Assembly: GCA_002269645.1 (NCBI GenBank)
Contig: NIVC01003397.1
Location: forward strand, 35,824 to 99,823
Length of the DNA stretch: 64,000 nt
Source: Macrostomum lignano
Lineage: Eukaryota
Direction: 5' to 3'
Shown here: in pieces, positions 47,335-60,700 of the stretch
Position numbering within the stretch: position 1 is the stretch's first letter
How the letters are laid out: each line of letters begins with the position of its first letter
Position numbers and translations under genes: made by a program
The notes under the pieces: generated by a model
Seen by the model: the letters and a program-made list of their open reading frames with translations, nothing else
Databases searched by the model: none
What the model was told of the DNA's origin: nothing

Positions 47335-50300
47335 TAGAATACATATAGTCTAGTCTTATCTTATCTTATCTTTTCTTTTCTCTTAATACTAAAAGTGGTG
47401 CGATGTTTGTCTGTTTGTCTGTTTGTCTGTTTGTCTGTGTGTTGCAATTTTTCTCCTAGAATACTGGCAAGTCAGCGTCGAAACTTATATGGGAAAACTG
47501 CAAATTTTCCGGGTCGGGCTATAGGCTATTTTAATATTTTATTTTCGATTGTTAAGATCCCTAAAAAAGCAGAAAACTGCAATCTTGACCTTTGATAATC
47601 TTATTTGTCCCCTGTTTCTGCTCGAAGCTGAAAAATGTATCAATTTTGAGTGATTGCGCCACAACTTTCTCCTATCTCGGCAGTGCATTTTCTCTCCAGT
47701 CGGAGGATGGGGCCGTTCTCAGTGGCGGCGTGTGTACACTTGGACCCTTGCGCACTGGCTGACTGTATAGACAATTGCGCAATGATATGTGTTCTGCCTT
47801 TCAATAGGCTGCCCTGTGTAATAGCTGGGCAGTGAAATTCAATGAATAAACTTGCGAGCCACTTTAGCAGGCAGTGAACGTACACTCGATATTTGAATGC
47901 TTTTAATCAAGAATTTTCAAACGCTAACTGCTCTTCGATTTCTAAACTTTTAGAGAAGAGACTTATATTGCTGGAAAGATCTTGCAACGCTGAGTTCAGG
48001 GATATAAGTTGTTTGCTTTAAATGTGAAAAAAAGCACAGCATTCAAAAAAACTATTTCCGTACTTTTAACTTGCTGCAAAGATTGTACTCATTTTGGCGA
48101 GAGGTGAGAGATAAAGTTGTGGGTTTCAACTTCTAACTGGCGCTGTGTATAGGAAAGGGGTCAGTCGCTTTGTATTGGAGGGTTGATTTAGATTGCGCAA
48201 CTTTTTGTTAACTTTAACTGAGACTGGTACTGACTGACTGAGAAATCGGTTGCGCAATCAATTGATTCAATTGGTTCAATGTTTTATTATCGCTGCCTTT
48301 TAGCACGCAGCTCTGTGAAGCTCCAACCCTAACCCTAACCCTAACCACTGAATCCTGAGAGTTCAGTTGTTTGACGGAGAAACTTTCGATTGAGTCCTTT
48401 TTCACGGAGAGGATTTCTGTTTCGCGGAGAGGATTTCGATGGTGTTCAGTTTCACGGAGAGGATTTTGATGGTTTTGGAGAACAGTTAGATGATGATATT
48501 CGGGTCTTGGGATCTAGCTGATGGAGTTCAGGGAATGGAATTCCGGTGATAGGAGTTCTTCCCCTTTCTCCTCCAGAGGAGGAGTTGGCCTCGTCTCTTC
48601 CTAATACTAAAGTTGGTGCGATGATTGTTTGTTTGTCCTAATACTAAAGTTGGTGCGATTATTGTTTGTTTGTTTGTTTGTCTGTTTGTTTGTGTGTTGC
48701 ATAACTCCTCCTAGAATACTTGCAAGTCAGCGTTGAAACTTATAAGGGTAAACTGCAAATTTTCCGGGGACTGCAGTGGGCTATTTAAATTTTTTATTTT
48801 CACATTTTAAGATCCCTAAAAAGGCAGAAAACTGCAATCTTGACCTTTGATAATCTTATTTGTCCCCTCTTTCTGCTCGGAGCTGATAAAATGCATCAAT
48901 TTTGATTGCTTGCGCCATAAATTTCTCCTATCTCGCCAGTGCATTTCTCTCCAGTTGGGGGATGGGGCGTTCTAAGTGGCTGCGTGTGTACAATTGGACC
49001 CTAGCTCACTGGCGCACTGTATAGATGATTGCGCAATGATTTGGCTACTGTTAAGTTGTTCTGCCTTTCAATATGAAGCCTGTGTATTGTAGGACAGTTA
49101 AATTCATTGCATAACTTGCGAGTCGCTTTAACAGGCGGTGAGCGTACACTCGATATTTCAATGCTTTAAATCGGAAAGTTGTAAACGCTAACTGCTCCTC
49201 GAGTTCTAAACTTTAAGAGAAGAGACTTATATTGCCGGAAAGAGCTTGCAACACTGAGTTTGGAGGTATAAGTTGTTTGCTTTAAATATGAAAACAAAAA
49301 GGACAGCATTCAAAAACTATTTCCGAACTTTTAACTTTCTGCAAAGATTGCACTTAGTTTCGCGAGACGTAATAGATAAAGTTATGGGAAGGGTTCAACT
49401 TCTTACTGCCACTGTGTATTGGAGGGTTGATTTAGATTGCGCAATCATTTTGTTAACTTTACCTGAGCCTGATACTGACTAAATGAGAAATCGGTTGCGC
49501 AATAAATTGATTCAATTAATTCAATATTCTTATCGGCGCCTTCAACCCGCAGCTCTGTGCAGCTCTAACCCTAACCCTAGACCACTGATGGCACTGAACC
49601 CTGAGAGTTGAGTTCTTTTTGACGGAGAAAATTTCGATTGAGTCCAGTTTTACGGAGAGGATTTCGATGGTTTTCAGTTTCACGGAGAGGATTTCTGTTT
49701 CACGGAGAGGTGTTTGATGGATTTGGAGATGTTTTGATGATGGGATTCGGGTCATGGGATTCAGCTAAGGGGTTTCAGGGAATGGAATTCCGGTGATGGG
49801 AGTTCTTCCCCTTTCTCCTCCATCGGAGGAGTTGGCCTCGTCTCTATCTATCTTCTATCTCTATCTATCTATATATACTAAAGTTGACGTGTTGTTTGTC
49901 TGTCTGTCTGTGTGTGTGTGTGTGTGTGTGTCATTTCGACAACTCCTCCTTGAATAGTGGCAACTCAGCGTTGAAACTTATATGGGAAGATTGGAAATTA
50001 TCCGAGGTCGGCTATAGGCTATTTTAATTCTGAAATTTTAATTTCTAAGATCCTCAAAAAAGCAGAAAACGGCGGTCTTGACCTTTGATAATCTTAATTG
50101 TCCCCTCTTTCTGCTTGGAGCTGAAAATTTGCATGAATTTCAAGTGATTGCGCCACAACTTTTCCCTATCTCTGCAGTGTATTTTCTCTCCAGTGGGGGG
50201 ATGGGGCGTTCTAAATGGCTGCCTGTGTACAATCGGACCCTGGCTCACTGGCTGACTGTATAGACAATTGCGCAAAGATTTGTGTTCTAATTTTCAATAG

Positions 50301-53300
50301 GCAGCCCTGTGATTTTGTTGAACCTTGAAATTCAATGCATAAACTTGCGGGCCTCTTTAGCAGGCAGTGAACGTACAATCGATATTTGAATGCTTTAAAT
50401 CAGAAAGTTTCAAACGCAAACTGTTGCTCGAGTTTTTAACTTTGAGAGAAAAAATTTATATTGCTGGAAAGAACTTGCAAAGCTGATTTCAGGGATATAA
50501 ATTGTTTGCTTCAAATATGAAAACTAAAAGCTCTGCATTGCAAAAACTATTTCCATACTTTAAACTTTCTGCAAAGATTGTACTCATTTTGGCGAGAGGT
50601 GAGAGATAAAGTTGGGGGTTTCGACTTCTAACTGGCGCTGTGTATAGGAAGGGGGTCAGTTGCTTTGTATTGGAGGGTTGATTAGATTGCGCAAACTTTT
50701 TGTTAACTTTAACTGAGACTTATACTGACTAACACAGAAATATATTGCGCAATCAATTGATTCAATTGGTTAGCTTTTTTATTATCGGCCCTGTGTATTA
50801 GCTTGGCAGTGAAATTCAATGTACAAAATTGCGAGCCTCTCAGGCAAGCAGTCGGGAAATCGGTAAATTTCAAACGCTAACTGCTCCTTGAGTTTTAAAC
50901 TTTGAGAGGAGAGACTTATATTGCTGGAAAGATCTTGCAACGCTGAGTTTAGGGATATAAGTTGTTTGCTTTAAATATGAAAAGAAAAAGCACCGCATTT
51001 AAAAAACTATTTCCATACTTTTAACTTTCTGCAAAAATTGTACTCAGTTTTGCGAGACGTAATAGATAAAGTTGGGGGAGGGTTCAACTTCTCACTGCTG
51101 CTGTGTATTGGAGGGTTGATTTAGATTGCGCAATGTTTTTGTTAACTTTAACTGAGACTGATACTGACTGACTGTGAAATCGGTTGCGCAATGATTTGAT
51201 TCAATTAATTCAATATTTTTATCAGTGCCTTTTAACACGAAGCTGTGCGTAGTTCTAACCCTAACCCTAACCCTAACCTTAACCCTAGCCCTAATGAATC
51301 TGGCGAGTTGAGTTGTTTGACGGAAAAAATTCGATTAAGTCAAGTTTAGCGGAGACGATTTCAATGTTTAAATTCTGACGGAGAAGATTTCTGTTTCGTG
51401 GAGAGGATTTCGATGATGTTCAGTTTCACGAAAGGATTTCCATGGTCTTCAGTTTCACGGAGAGGATTTCGATCATGTTCAGCTTCACGGAGAGGCTTTC
51501 TGTTTCGCTGAGATAATTTATGATTGATTTCTGTTTTATGGAAACAATTTTGATGGATTCAGGTTTCAAGGAGAGGATTTCGAAGGAGTCCAGTTTCACG
51601 GAGAGGATTTCGATGGTTTTCAGCTGCACGAACAGGATTTCTGCTTCGCGGAGAGGATCTTGATGTATTTGGCATCTTCAATCAGTCAGAGAATAGAGTA
51701 AGGAAAAGAATGAAAAGAGAAGAGAGATGAGATGATAGAAAACAGAGTAGAAATGAGTGGAGAGATTAGACATGCCAGATGGGAGAGAAGAGGGGAGTAA
51801 GGCGGGAACGAAGGAGAGAGAAGAGAAAAGAAGAGAGAAGATGAGAGGGGAGATATAAGATAGCAAAGAGGAGACAGGAGAGATAAGAGGAGAAAGAAGA
51901 GAGGAGGGATAAGAGCGTACAGAGGAAATAGAAGAGGAGAGAGTAGAGGAGAAAGAAAAAGAGTACAGATGAGAGATGAGAGAGAAGAGGAGAAAGGAGA
52001 AAGTAGAGACGAAAGACGAGGGAGAAGAGATAGATAAAGGGAGTAGAGATGAGAAGAGAGAGAGGAGAGAGAAGAGAGTCAAGATAATAGCGAAGAGAGG
52101 AGAGAGGAGATATGAGAGACGTAAGAGTCTTTGAGCTATAGTCTTTGAAAGGTTTGTAAAGAATTTGGAGACGATTTGGAAGATAGGGTTCAAGACATGG
52201 AATTTCAGTTGATGGATATTTCAGGGAATGGAATTCCGGTGATGGGAGTTCTTCCCCTTTCTCCTCCGAAGGAGGAGTTCCACTCGTCTATATATACTAA
52301 AGTTGACGTGTTGTTTGTCTGTCTGTCTGTGTGTCTGTCTGTCATTTCGACAACTCCTCCTTGAATAGTGGCAACTCAGCGTTGAAACTTATATGGGAAG
52401 ATTGGAAATTATCCGAGGTCGGCTATAGGCTATTTTAATTCTGAAATTTTAATTTCTAAGATCCTCAAAAAAGCAGAAAACGGCGGTCTTGACCTTTGAT
52501 AATCTTAATTGTCCCCTCTTTCTGCTTGGAGCTGAAAAATGCATGAATTTTTAGTGATTGCGCCACAACTTTTCCCTATCTCTGTAGTGTATTTTCTTTC
52601 CAGTGGGGGGTGGGAGCGTTCTCAGTGGCTGCGTGTGTACACTTGGACCCTGGCTCACTGGCTGACTTTATAGATAATTGCGCAATGATATGGCTACTGA
52701 TAAGTTTTCCTGCCTTTCAATGGGCAGTCCTGTGTATTTGTTGGACATTGAAATTCAATGCATCAACTTGCAAGCAGGCAGTGAACGTACACTCGATACT
52801 TCAATGCTATAAATCAGACAGTTTCAAACGCTAACTGTTCCTCGAGTTTTAAACTTTGAGAGGAGAAACTTATATTGCTGGCAAGATCTTGCAACGCTGA
52901 GTTCGGGGATATAAGTTGTTTGCTTTAAATATGAAAAGAAAAAGCACAGCATTTGAAAAACTATTTCCATACTTTTAACTTTCTGCAAAGATTGTACTTT
53001 AATCTGCAAAGATTGTTGGGGGGAGGGTTCAACTTCTCACTGCTGCTGTGTATTGGAGGGTTGATTTAGATTGCGCAATGTTTTTGTTAACTTTACCTGA
53101 GGCTGATACTGACTGACTGTGAAATCGGTTGCGCAATGAATTGATTTAATTAGTTCAATATTTTTATCTGTGCCTTTTAACACGAAGCTGTGCGTAGTTC
53201 TAACCCTAACCCTAACCCTAACCCTAACCAATGAATCCGGAGAGTTGAGTTGTTTGACGGAAAAAATTCGATTGAGTCCAGTTTAGCGGAGACGATTTCA

Positions 53301-53477
53301 ATGTTTTAATTTTGACGGAGAGGATTTCTGTTTCGTGGAGAGGATTTCGATGGTGTTCAGTTTCACGGAGAGGATTTTGATGATGTTCAGCCTCACGGAG
53401 AGGATTTCTGTTTCGCGGAGATAATTAATGATTGATTTCTGCTTTATGGAGACGATTTTGATGGATTTAAGTTTCAA

Positions 53478-53640
53478 GGAGAGGATTTCGAAGGAGTCCA
53501 GTTTCACGGAGAGGATTTCGAAGGAGTCCAGTTTCACGGAGAGGATTTCGAAGGAGTCCAGTTTCACGGAGAGGATTTCGAAGGAGTCCAGTTTCACGGA
53601 GAGGATTTCGAAGGAGTCCAGTTTCACGGAGAGGATTTCG
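53478..53640. repeat. 30-bp minisatellite (AAGGAGTCCAGTTTCACGGAGAGGATTTCG), about 5 perfect copies
   Basis: Direct periodicity; degenerate copies recur in every family-A unit and at 670-740. Confidence 0.92.
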
Positions 53641-55382
53641 ATGGTTTTCAGTTGTACGGACAGGATTTCTGCTTCGCGGAGAAGATCTTGATAGATTTGG
53701 CATCTTCAATCAGTCAGAGAAGAGAGTAAAGAGAAGAATGAAAAGAGAAGAGAGATGAGATGAGATGGTAGAAAACAGAGTAGAAATGAGACTTGAGAAA
53801 TTGTCCCCTCTTTCTGCTTGGAGCTGAAAATTTGCATGAATTTCAAGTGATTGCGCCACAACTTTTCCCTATCTCTGCAGTGTATTTTCTCTCCAGTGGG
53901 GGGATGGGGCGTTCTAAATGGCTGCCTGTGTACAATCGGACCCTGGCTCACTGGCTGACTGTATAGACAATTGCGCAAAGATTTGTGTTCTAATTTTCAA
54001 TAGGCAGCCCTGTGATTTTGTTGAACCTTGAAATTCAATGCATAAACTTGCGGGCCTCTTTAGCAGGCAGTGAACGTACAATCGATATTTCAATGCTTTA
54101 AATCAGAAAGTTTCAAACGCAAACTGTTGCTCGAGTTTTTAACTTTGAGAGAAAAAATTTATATTGCTGGAAAGAACTTGCAAAGCTGATTTCAGGGATA
54201 TAAATTGTTTGCTTCAAATATGAAAACTAAAAGCTCTGCATTGCAAAAACTATTTCCATACTTTAAACTTTCTGCAAAGATTGTACTCATTTTGGCGAGA
54301 GGTGAGAGATAAAGTTGGGGGTTTCGACTTAGGCTAATACTGAGGCTAATACGCAGGGCCGATAATAAAAAAGCTAACCAATTGAATCAATTGATTGCGC
54401 AATATATTTCTGTGTTAGTCAGTATAAGTCTCAGTTAAAGTTAACACAAAGTTTGCGCAATCTAATCAACCCTCCAATACAAAGCAACTGACCCCCTTCC
54501 TATACACATTGGACGGCTGATTTAGATTGCGCAATCTTTTTGTTAACTTTACTGAGACTGATTCTGACTGACTGTGAAATCGGTTGCGCCATCAATTTGT
54601 TTTATTATCTGTGCCTTTCAATAGGCTGCCCTGTGTAGTAGCCGGCCTGTGTAATGAATGAATAGACTTGCGAGCCTCTTTGGTAGGCAGTGAACGTACA
54701 CTCGATGTTTCAATGCTTTAAAACGGGAACTTTAAAACGCTAACTGCTCTTCCTATATACTAAAAATGGTCTGTCTGTGTCTATGTGATCGATTAGAGAA
54801 AAAATGGCTGGACCGATTTTGTTCGAACTTGCACTGTTCGATCAGAAATTTTCCTGTGACTGTACATGCATCGTGGCTAAGAAATTGCTCGATGCTAAAG
54901 GCATTAAATATTCGAAAAACATGCTTTTTTGCAAAGGTCAAGCAAACTTTTCGACTTGAAATGTATTGTAGCTCGTAAGAATGCTAGAGAAAAAAACTGA
55001 CTGGTTGAATTCTGATTCTGAAATAGATTGCATCATAACTGAATTGTAACTTCGACTTGAATTGAAAATGCAGTGTGAAGCGTAGCACCAGACTTGATTT
55101 AAATTGCGTAACCATATTGTTAACTGATACTGACTGACTGAGAAACTGATTATGTCATAACTGCTTCGTGTGATTTACTCTATGCTTGGATTTTAGAGTG
55201 TTGAATTATATAAGTGAAAAATTTGATGATATCAAAACGATGAGAGCTAGCCTAGAGGTGAACAAATTGAACTGCTAAATGCAGCGACGATGGTTCGAAA
55301 TTTCATAGTGTATAATTTTTTTAATTAAAGCTTTTCAACATCAGGAAAACTAAAAGACTTTTTAAAAAGAATCGTCATGTGA

Positions 55383-56840
55383 AAATCATAGAAGCGTCAT
55401 GTAAAAAATCGTAGAAGCGTCATTTAAAAAATCATAGAAGCATCATGTAAAAATCGTAGAAGCGTCATTTAAAAAATCATAGAAGCGTCATATAAAAATC
55501 ATAAATGCGTCATTTAAAGAATCATTGAAGCGTCATGTAAACAATCATAGAAGCGTCATGTAAACAATCATAGAAGCGTCATGTAAAAAATCATATCTAA
55601 GAGTCTTGTAAAAAATCGAAGCGTCATGTAAATAATCATAGAAGCGTCATGCAAACAATCGTAGAAGCGTCATATAAAAATCATAGAAGCGTCATGTAAA
55701 AAAATCATACAAGCGTCATGTAAAAAAGTATAGAAGCGTCATGTAAACAATCATAAAAGCGTCATGTAAACAATCGTAGAAGCGTCATATAAAAATCATA
55801 GAAGCGTCATTTAAAAAATCATAGAAGCGTCATGTAAACAATCATAGAAGCGTCATGTAAAAAAGTCATAGAAGCGTCATGTAAACAATCATAGAAGCGT
55901 CCTGTAAACAATCATAGAAGCGTCATGTAAAAATCATAGAAGCGTCATGTAAAAAATCATAGAAGCGTCATGTAAACAATCATAGAAGTGTCATGTGAAA
56001 ATCATAAAAGCGTCATTTCAAAATCATGGAAGCGTCATTTAAAAAATCATGGAAGCGTCATATAAAAATCATGGAAGCGTCATATAAAAATCATAGAAGC
56101 GTCATTTAAAAAATCATGGAAGCGTCATATAAAAATCATAGAAGCGTCATTTAAAAAATCATAGATGCGTCATGTAAAAAATCATAGAAGCGTCATGTAA
56201 ACAATCATAGAAGTGTCATGTGAAAAATCGTAGAAGCTTCATTTTAAAATCATGGAAGCGTCATTTAAAAAATCATAGAAGCGTCATGTAAAAAATCATA
56301 GAAGCGTCATGTAAAAAATCATAGGAGCGTCATGTAAACAATCATAGAAGCGTCATGTAAACAATCATAAAAGCGTCATGTAAACAATCATAGAAGCGTC
56401 ATGTAAAAATCAGAGAAGCGTCATGTAAACAATCATAAAAGCGTCAAGTAAACAATCATAAAAGCGTCATGTAAACAATCATAGAAGCGTCATGTAAACA
56501 ATCATAAAAGCGTCATGTAAACAATCATAGAAGCGTCATGTAAAAAATCAGAGAAGCGTCATGTAAACAATCGTAAAAGCGTCATTTAAAAAATCATAGA
56601 AGCGTCATATAAAAATCATAGAAGCGTCATGTAAAAAATCATAGAAGCGTCATGTAAAAAATTATAGAAGCGTCATGTAAAAATCATAGAAGCGTCATGT
56701 AAAAAATCATAGAAGCGTCATATAAAAATCATAGAAGCGTCAAGAAAAAATCATAGAAGCCTCATTTAAAAACTAATGAAAGTGTCATTTAAAAAATTAA
56801 GAAGCATCATGGTAGAATAAAAGAAGCGTCATGTCAGACA
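55383..56840. repeat. ~23-bp satellite (AATCATAGAAGCGTCATGTAAAC/A), roughly 60 copies
   Basis: Continuous tandem array inside the nested Helitron. Confidence 0.95.
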
Positions 56841-57667
56841 TGAAGGGTGTCATGTAAAAATTAAATGCAGCTATAATGCTGTGCTGGGGAGAAAAACTGA
56901 GACGTAAAGGCTCTCAGAGAATAACTGACATTACGGGGGGGGTTCTGAGATGTCAAAGCAAAAGTCAGAAGCTACTTCAAAGTTCATGTACTTTACTCAA
57001 TTTTTTTGTTGCATTCTTTGTTGGCTCGCCACGGGGGGGTCGCTGATAGAAGAAGAGTCATGTAAAAAATAAAAGTAGCACTATGTATACATAAAAGAAA
57101 AGTCATGTCGAAGTTAAAAGATTCATTTGGGAATTGCTACGATGTCAAAGCTAGGTGGAAATCGTTATAGTGCTGTGATTCTTAAAGAAGGAATCACTAA
57201 AATGTCAAGGCTTAGGGGAGAAGAATTGCTGAGATTTCAAGGCTTTAGGTTGGGTTAAAGTTAGGTTTAGGTCAAGTGTGGGTTGAGGGTTATATTTTAT
57301 CGGGTTTCAAGGTTAACAGAATAACAGGGGATTTTTTAGATTTCAAGGTTTATGGGGGCCATCGCTGACATGTTAAGGCTTACGGGGGGAATAGCTGAGA
57401 TGTCAAGGCTCACGGGGGTATAAATGAGATTTCAAGGCTAAAGCCAGAAGCTACATGTAGTTTATTGAAAACTTTTTATTACATTATTTGATGCCTCCTC
57501 AGGGGAGGGATCGCTGATAAAAAAAGCGTAATGTAAAAAATAAAAGAAGCTTCATGTCGAAGTTAAGAGATTCATTTGGGAATCCCTACGATGTCGAGGC
57601 TTGCAGGGAATCGCTATAATGCTGTAGTAGTGCTATAATGACTCAGAATTACTGAAATTTCAATGTT

Positions 57668-57746
57668 TTAGGGTTAGGTTAGGGTTAGGGTTAGGGTTAG
57701 GGTTAGGCTAGGGTTAGGGTTAGGGTTAGGCTAGGGTTAGGGTTAG
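57668..57746 (+). repeat. Interstitial telomeric repeat (TTAGGG)n, about 13 units with variants
   Basis: Direct reading; flanked on both sides by non-telomeric sequence. Confidence 0.92.
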
Positions 57747-60700
57747 AAGGTTGACAGTTTTTAGATTTCCAAGGCTTATTGGGGGCATTGCTGTGATGTC
57801 AAGGGGGAAGTTGATAACTTAAAGCTTGTGGGGGGAATTACTGACATGTCAAGGCTTACAAGGTTTGACAGGAGATTTTTTTAAGATTTCAAGGATACAT
57901 GTAGCTTATTAAAAAAACGTGTATTGCATTTCTTTGGCTCCCCAACGGGGGGCGTAGATTGCTAGTCGAGTTCTAAACTTTAAGAGAAGAGACTTATACT
58001 GCTGAAAAGATCTTGCAACACTGAGTTCGAGGGTGTAAGTTTTTTGCTTTAAATATGAAAAGAAAAGCACAGCATTTAAAAAACTATTTCCATACTTTTA
58101 CTTTCTGCAAAGATTGTACTCAGTTTTGCGAGACGTAATAGATAAAGTTGGGGGGAGGGTTCAACTTCTCACTGCTGCTGTGTATTGGAGGGTTGATTTA
58201 GATTGCGCAATCATTTTGTTAACTTTAACTGAAACTGATACTGTCTGACTGTGAAATCGATTGCGCAATGAATTGATTCAATTAGTTCAATATTTTAATC
58301 AGTGCCTTTTAACACGAAGCTGTGCGTAGTTCTAACCCTAACCCTAACCCTAACCCTAACCCTAACCAATGAACCCTGAGAGTTGAGTTGTTTGACGGAA
58401 AAAATTCGATAGAGTCCAGTATAGCGGAGACGATTTCAATGTTTTAATTTCAACAGAGAGGATTTCTGTTTCGTGGAGAGGATTTCGAAGGAGTCCAGTT
58501 TCACGGAGAGGATTTCGATGGTTTTCAGTTGTACGGACAGGATTTTTCTGCTTCGCGGAGAGGATCTTGATGGATTTGGCATCTTCAATCAGTCAGAGAA
58601 GAGAGTAAAGAGAAGAATGAAAAGAGAAGAGAGAGAGAGAGGGTTTAGAGAGACGATAGATAAGTGAGTAGAGATAAGATATGAGAGGAGAGAAGAGGGA
58701 GAGATAAAGAGAAGAGAGGAGACACGAGACAGGAGAGGGTACAGACGAAAGAAGGGGTTGGGCTTGGGCTGAGTGTACATAGCAGTTGTACAGTGTAAAC
58801 AGATAGACTGTGTCGAGATTCAATTGGTTTTATTATTGGCGCCTTTTTTCTATACGCAGCCCTGTGTATTAGTTTGGCAGTGAAATTCAATGAATTGCGA
58901 GCTTCTCTAGCAAGCAGTCGGGAAATCGGTAAATTTCAAACGCTAACTGTTCCTCGAGTTTTAAACTTTGAGAGGAGAAACTTATATTGCTGGATAGATC
59001 TTGCAACGCTGAGTTCGGGGATATAAATTGTTTACTTTAAATATGAAAAGAAAAAGCACAGCATTTGAAAAACAATTTCCATACTTTTAACTTTTTGCAA
59101 ATATTGTACTCAGTTTTGCGAGACGTAATTGATAAAGTTGGGGGGAGGGTTCAACTTCTCACTACTGCTGTGGATTGGAGGGTTGATTTAGATTGCGCAA
59201 TGTTTTTGTTAACTTTAACTGAGACTGACTCTGACTGACTGTGAAATCGGTTGCGCCATCAATTTGTTTCATTATCTGTGCCTTTTAATAGGCTGCCCTA
59301 TGTAATAGCCGGCCTGTGTAATGAATGAATAAACTTGCGAGCCTCTTTGGCAGGCAGTGAACGTACACTCGATATTTCAAACGGGAACTTTCAAACGCTA
59401 ACTGCTCTTCGAGTTCTAAACTTTAAGAGAAGAGACTTATACTGCTGAAAAGAAATAAATTGTTTGCTTTAAATATAAAGACTAAAAGCACAGCATACAA
59501 AAACTATTTCCATACTTTTAGCTTTCTGCAAAGATTGTACTCATTTTTACTTCAATGCCCCCAACAACCGGGTTCAATTTCTAACTGCCACTGCGTATTG
59601 AAAAGGGGTCTGCCTCTGTGTACTGGAGGGTTGATTGAAATTGCGCAATCTTTTTTTTAACTTTAACTGAGACTGATACTGACTGACTGAGAAATCGGTT
59701 GCGCAATGAATTGATTCAATTAGTTCAATATTTTTATCAATGCCTTTTAACACGAAGCTGTGCGTAGTTCTAACCCTAACCCTAACCAATGAATCCGGAG
59801 AGTTGAGTTGTTTGACGGAAAAAATTCGATTAAGTCAAGTTTAGCGGAGACGATTTCAATGTTTTAATTTTGACGGAGAGGATTTCTGTTTCGTGGAGAT
59901 AATTTATGATTAATTTCTGTTTAATGGAGACGATTTTGATGGATTTAAGTTTCAAGGAGAGGATTTCGAAGGAGTCCAGTTTCACGGAGAGGATTTCGAT
60001 GGTTTTCATTTGCACGGACAGGATTTCTGCTTCGCGGAGAGGATCTTGATGGATTTGGCATCTTCAATCAGTCAGAGAAGAGAGTAAAGAGAAGAATGAA
60101 AAGAGAAGAGAGATGAGATGATAGAAAACAGAGTAGAAATGAGTGGAGAGATTAGACATGACAGATGGGAGAGAAGAGGGAGTAAGGCGGGAACGAAGGA
60201 GAGAGAAGAGAAGAGGAGAGAAGAGATGAAGGGAGAGGATATGAGAGAGGAGATATGAGATAGCAGAGAGGAGACAGGAGAGAGAAGAAAGGAGGGATAA
60301 GAGCGTACAGAGGCAATAGAAGAGAGAAAAGAGAAGAGAGAGGTTAGAGGTGAGAGGAGAGAGACGAAAGATCAGAGATCAGAGATTTAAGAGAAGAAAG
60401 TAGTGAGGAGAAAGAAGAGGGTAAAGATGAGAGTGCAGAGAGGAGAGAAACGAGAGGAGACAGGTGGTAGAAAGGAGTGTAAAAAACAGGAGATAAGAAA
60501 GGAGAGGGTGAGAGTGAGAGCATATAGGAAAGTGTAAAAGGGGAGCAGAGGAGAGAGAATAGATAAGTGAGTAGAGAAGAGATATGAGAGAGGAGAGATG
60601 AGAGATGGGATGAGAAGAGATGCGTGAGAACATAAGAGAGAAGAGATTAGAGATTAGAGAAGAGGAGAAGATGAAAGGAGAAAGGAGAGGAGAAAAAGAG

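Larger units (their letters stand above)
54751..57965 (+). mobile_element. Nested non-autonomous Helitron (family B), 3215 bp
   Basis: Starts TCCTATATACTAAAAATGGTCTGTCTG; ends GCTCCCC-AAC-GGGGGGC hairpin, 8 nt, then CTAG; interrupts host unit sequence ACTGCTCT|TCGAGTTC (uninterrupted at ~59401-59416) with no TSD. Confidence 0.85.

Noticed and set aside
53298-53709. ORFs with 10-aa repeats (ERISKESSFT, etc.)
   Set aside because: Translation of the 30-bp minisatellite; open in several frames.
55383-56840. Regular short repeats resembling a CRISPR array
   Set aside because: Monomers are contiguous with no unique spacers, there are no cas genes, and the context is eukaryotic.
57668-57746. A true chromosome end
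   Set aside because: Only ~80 bp long, includes variant units, and is embedded within a Helitron with sequence on both sides.
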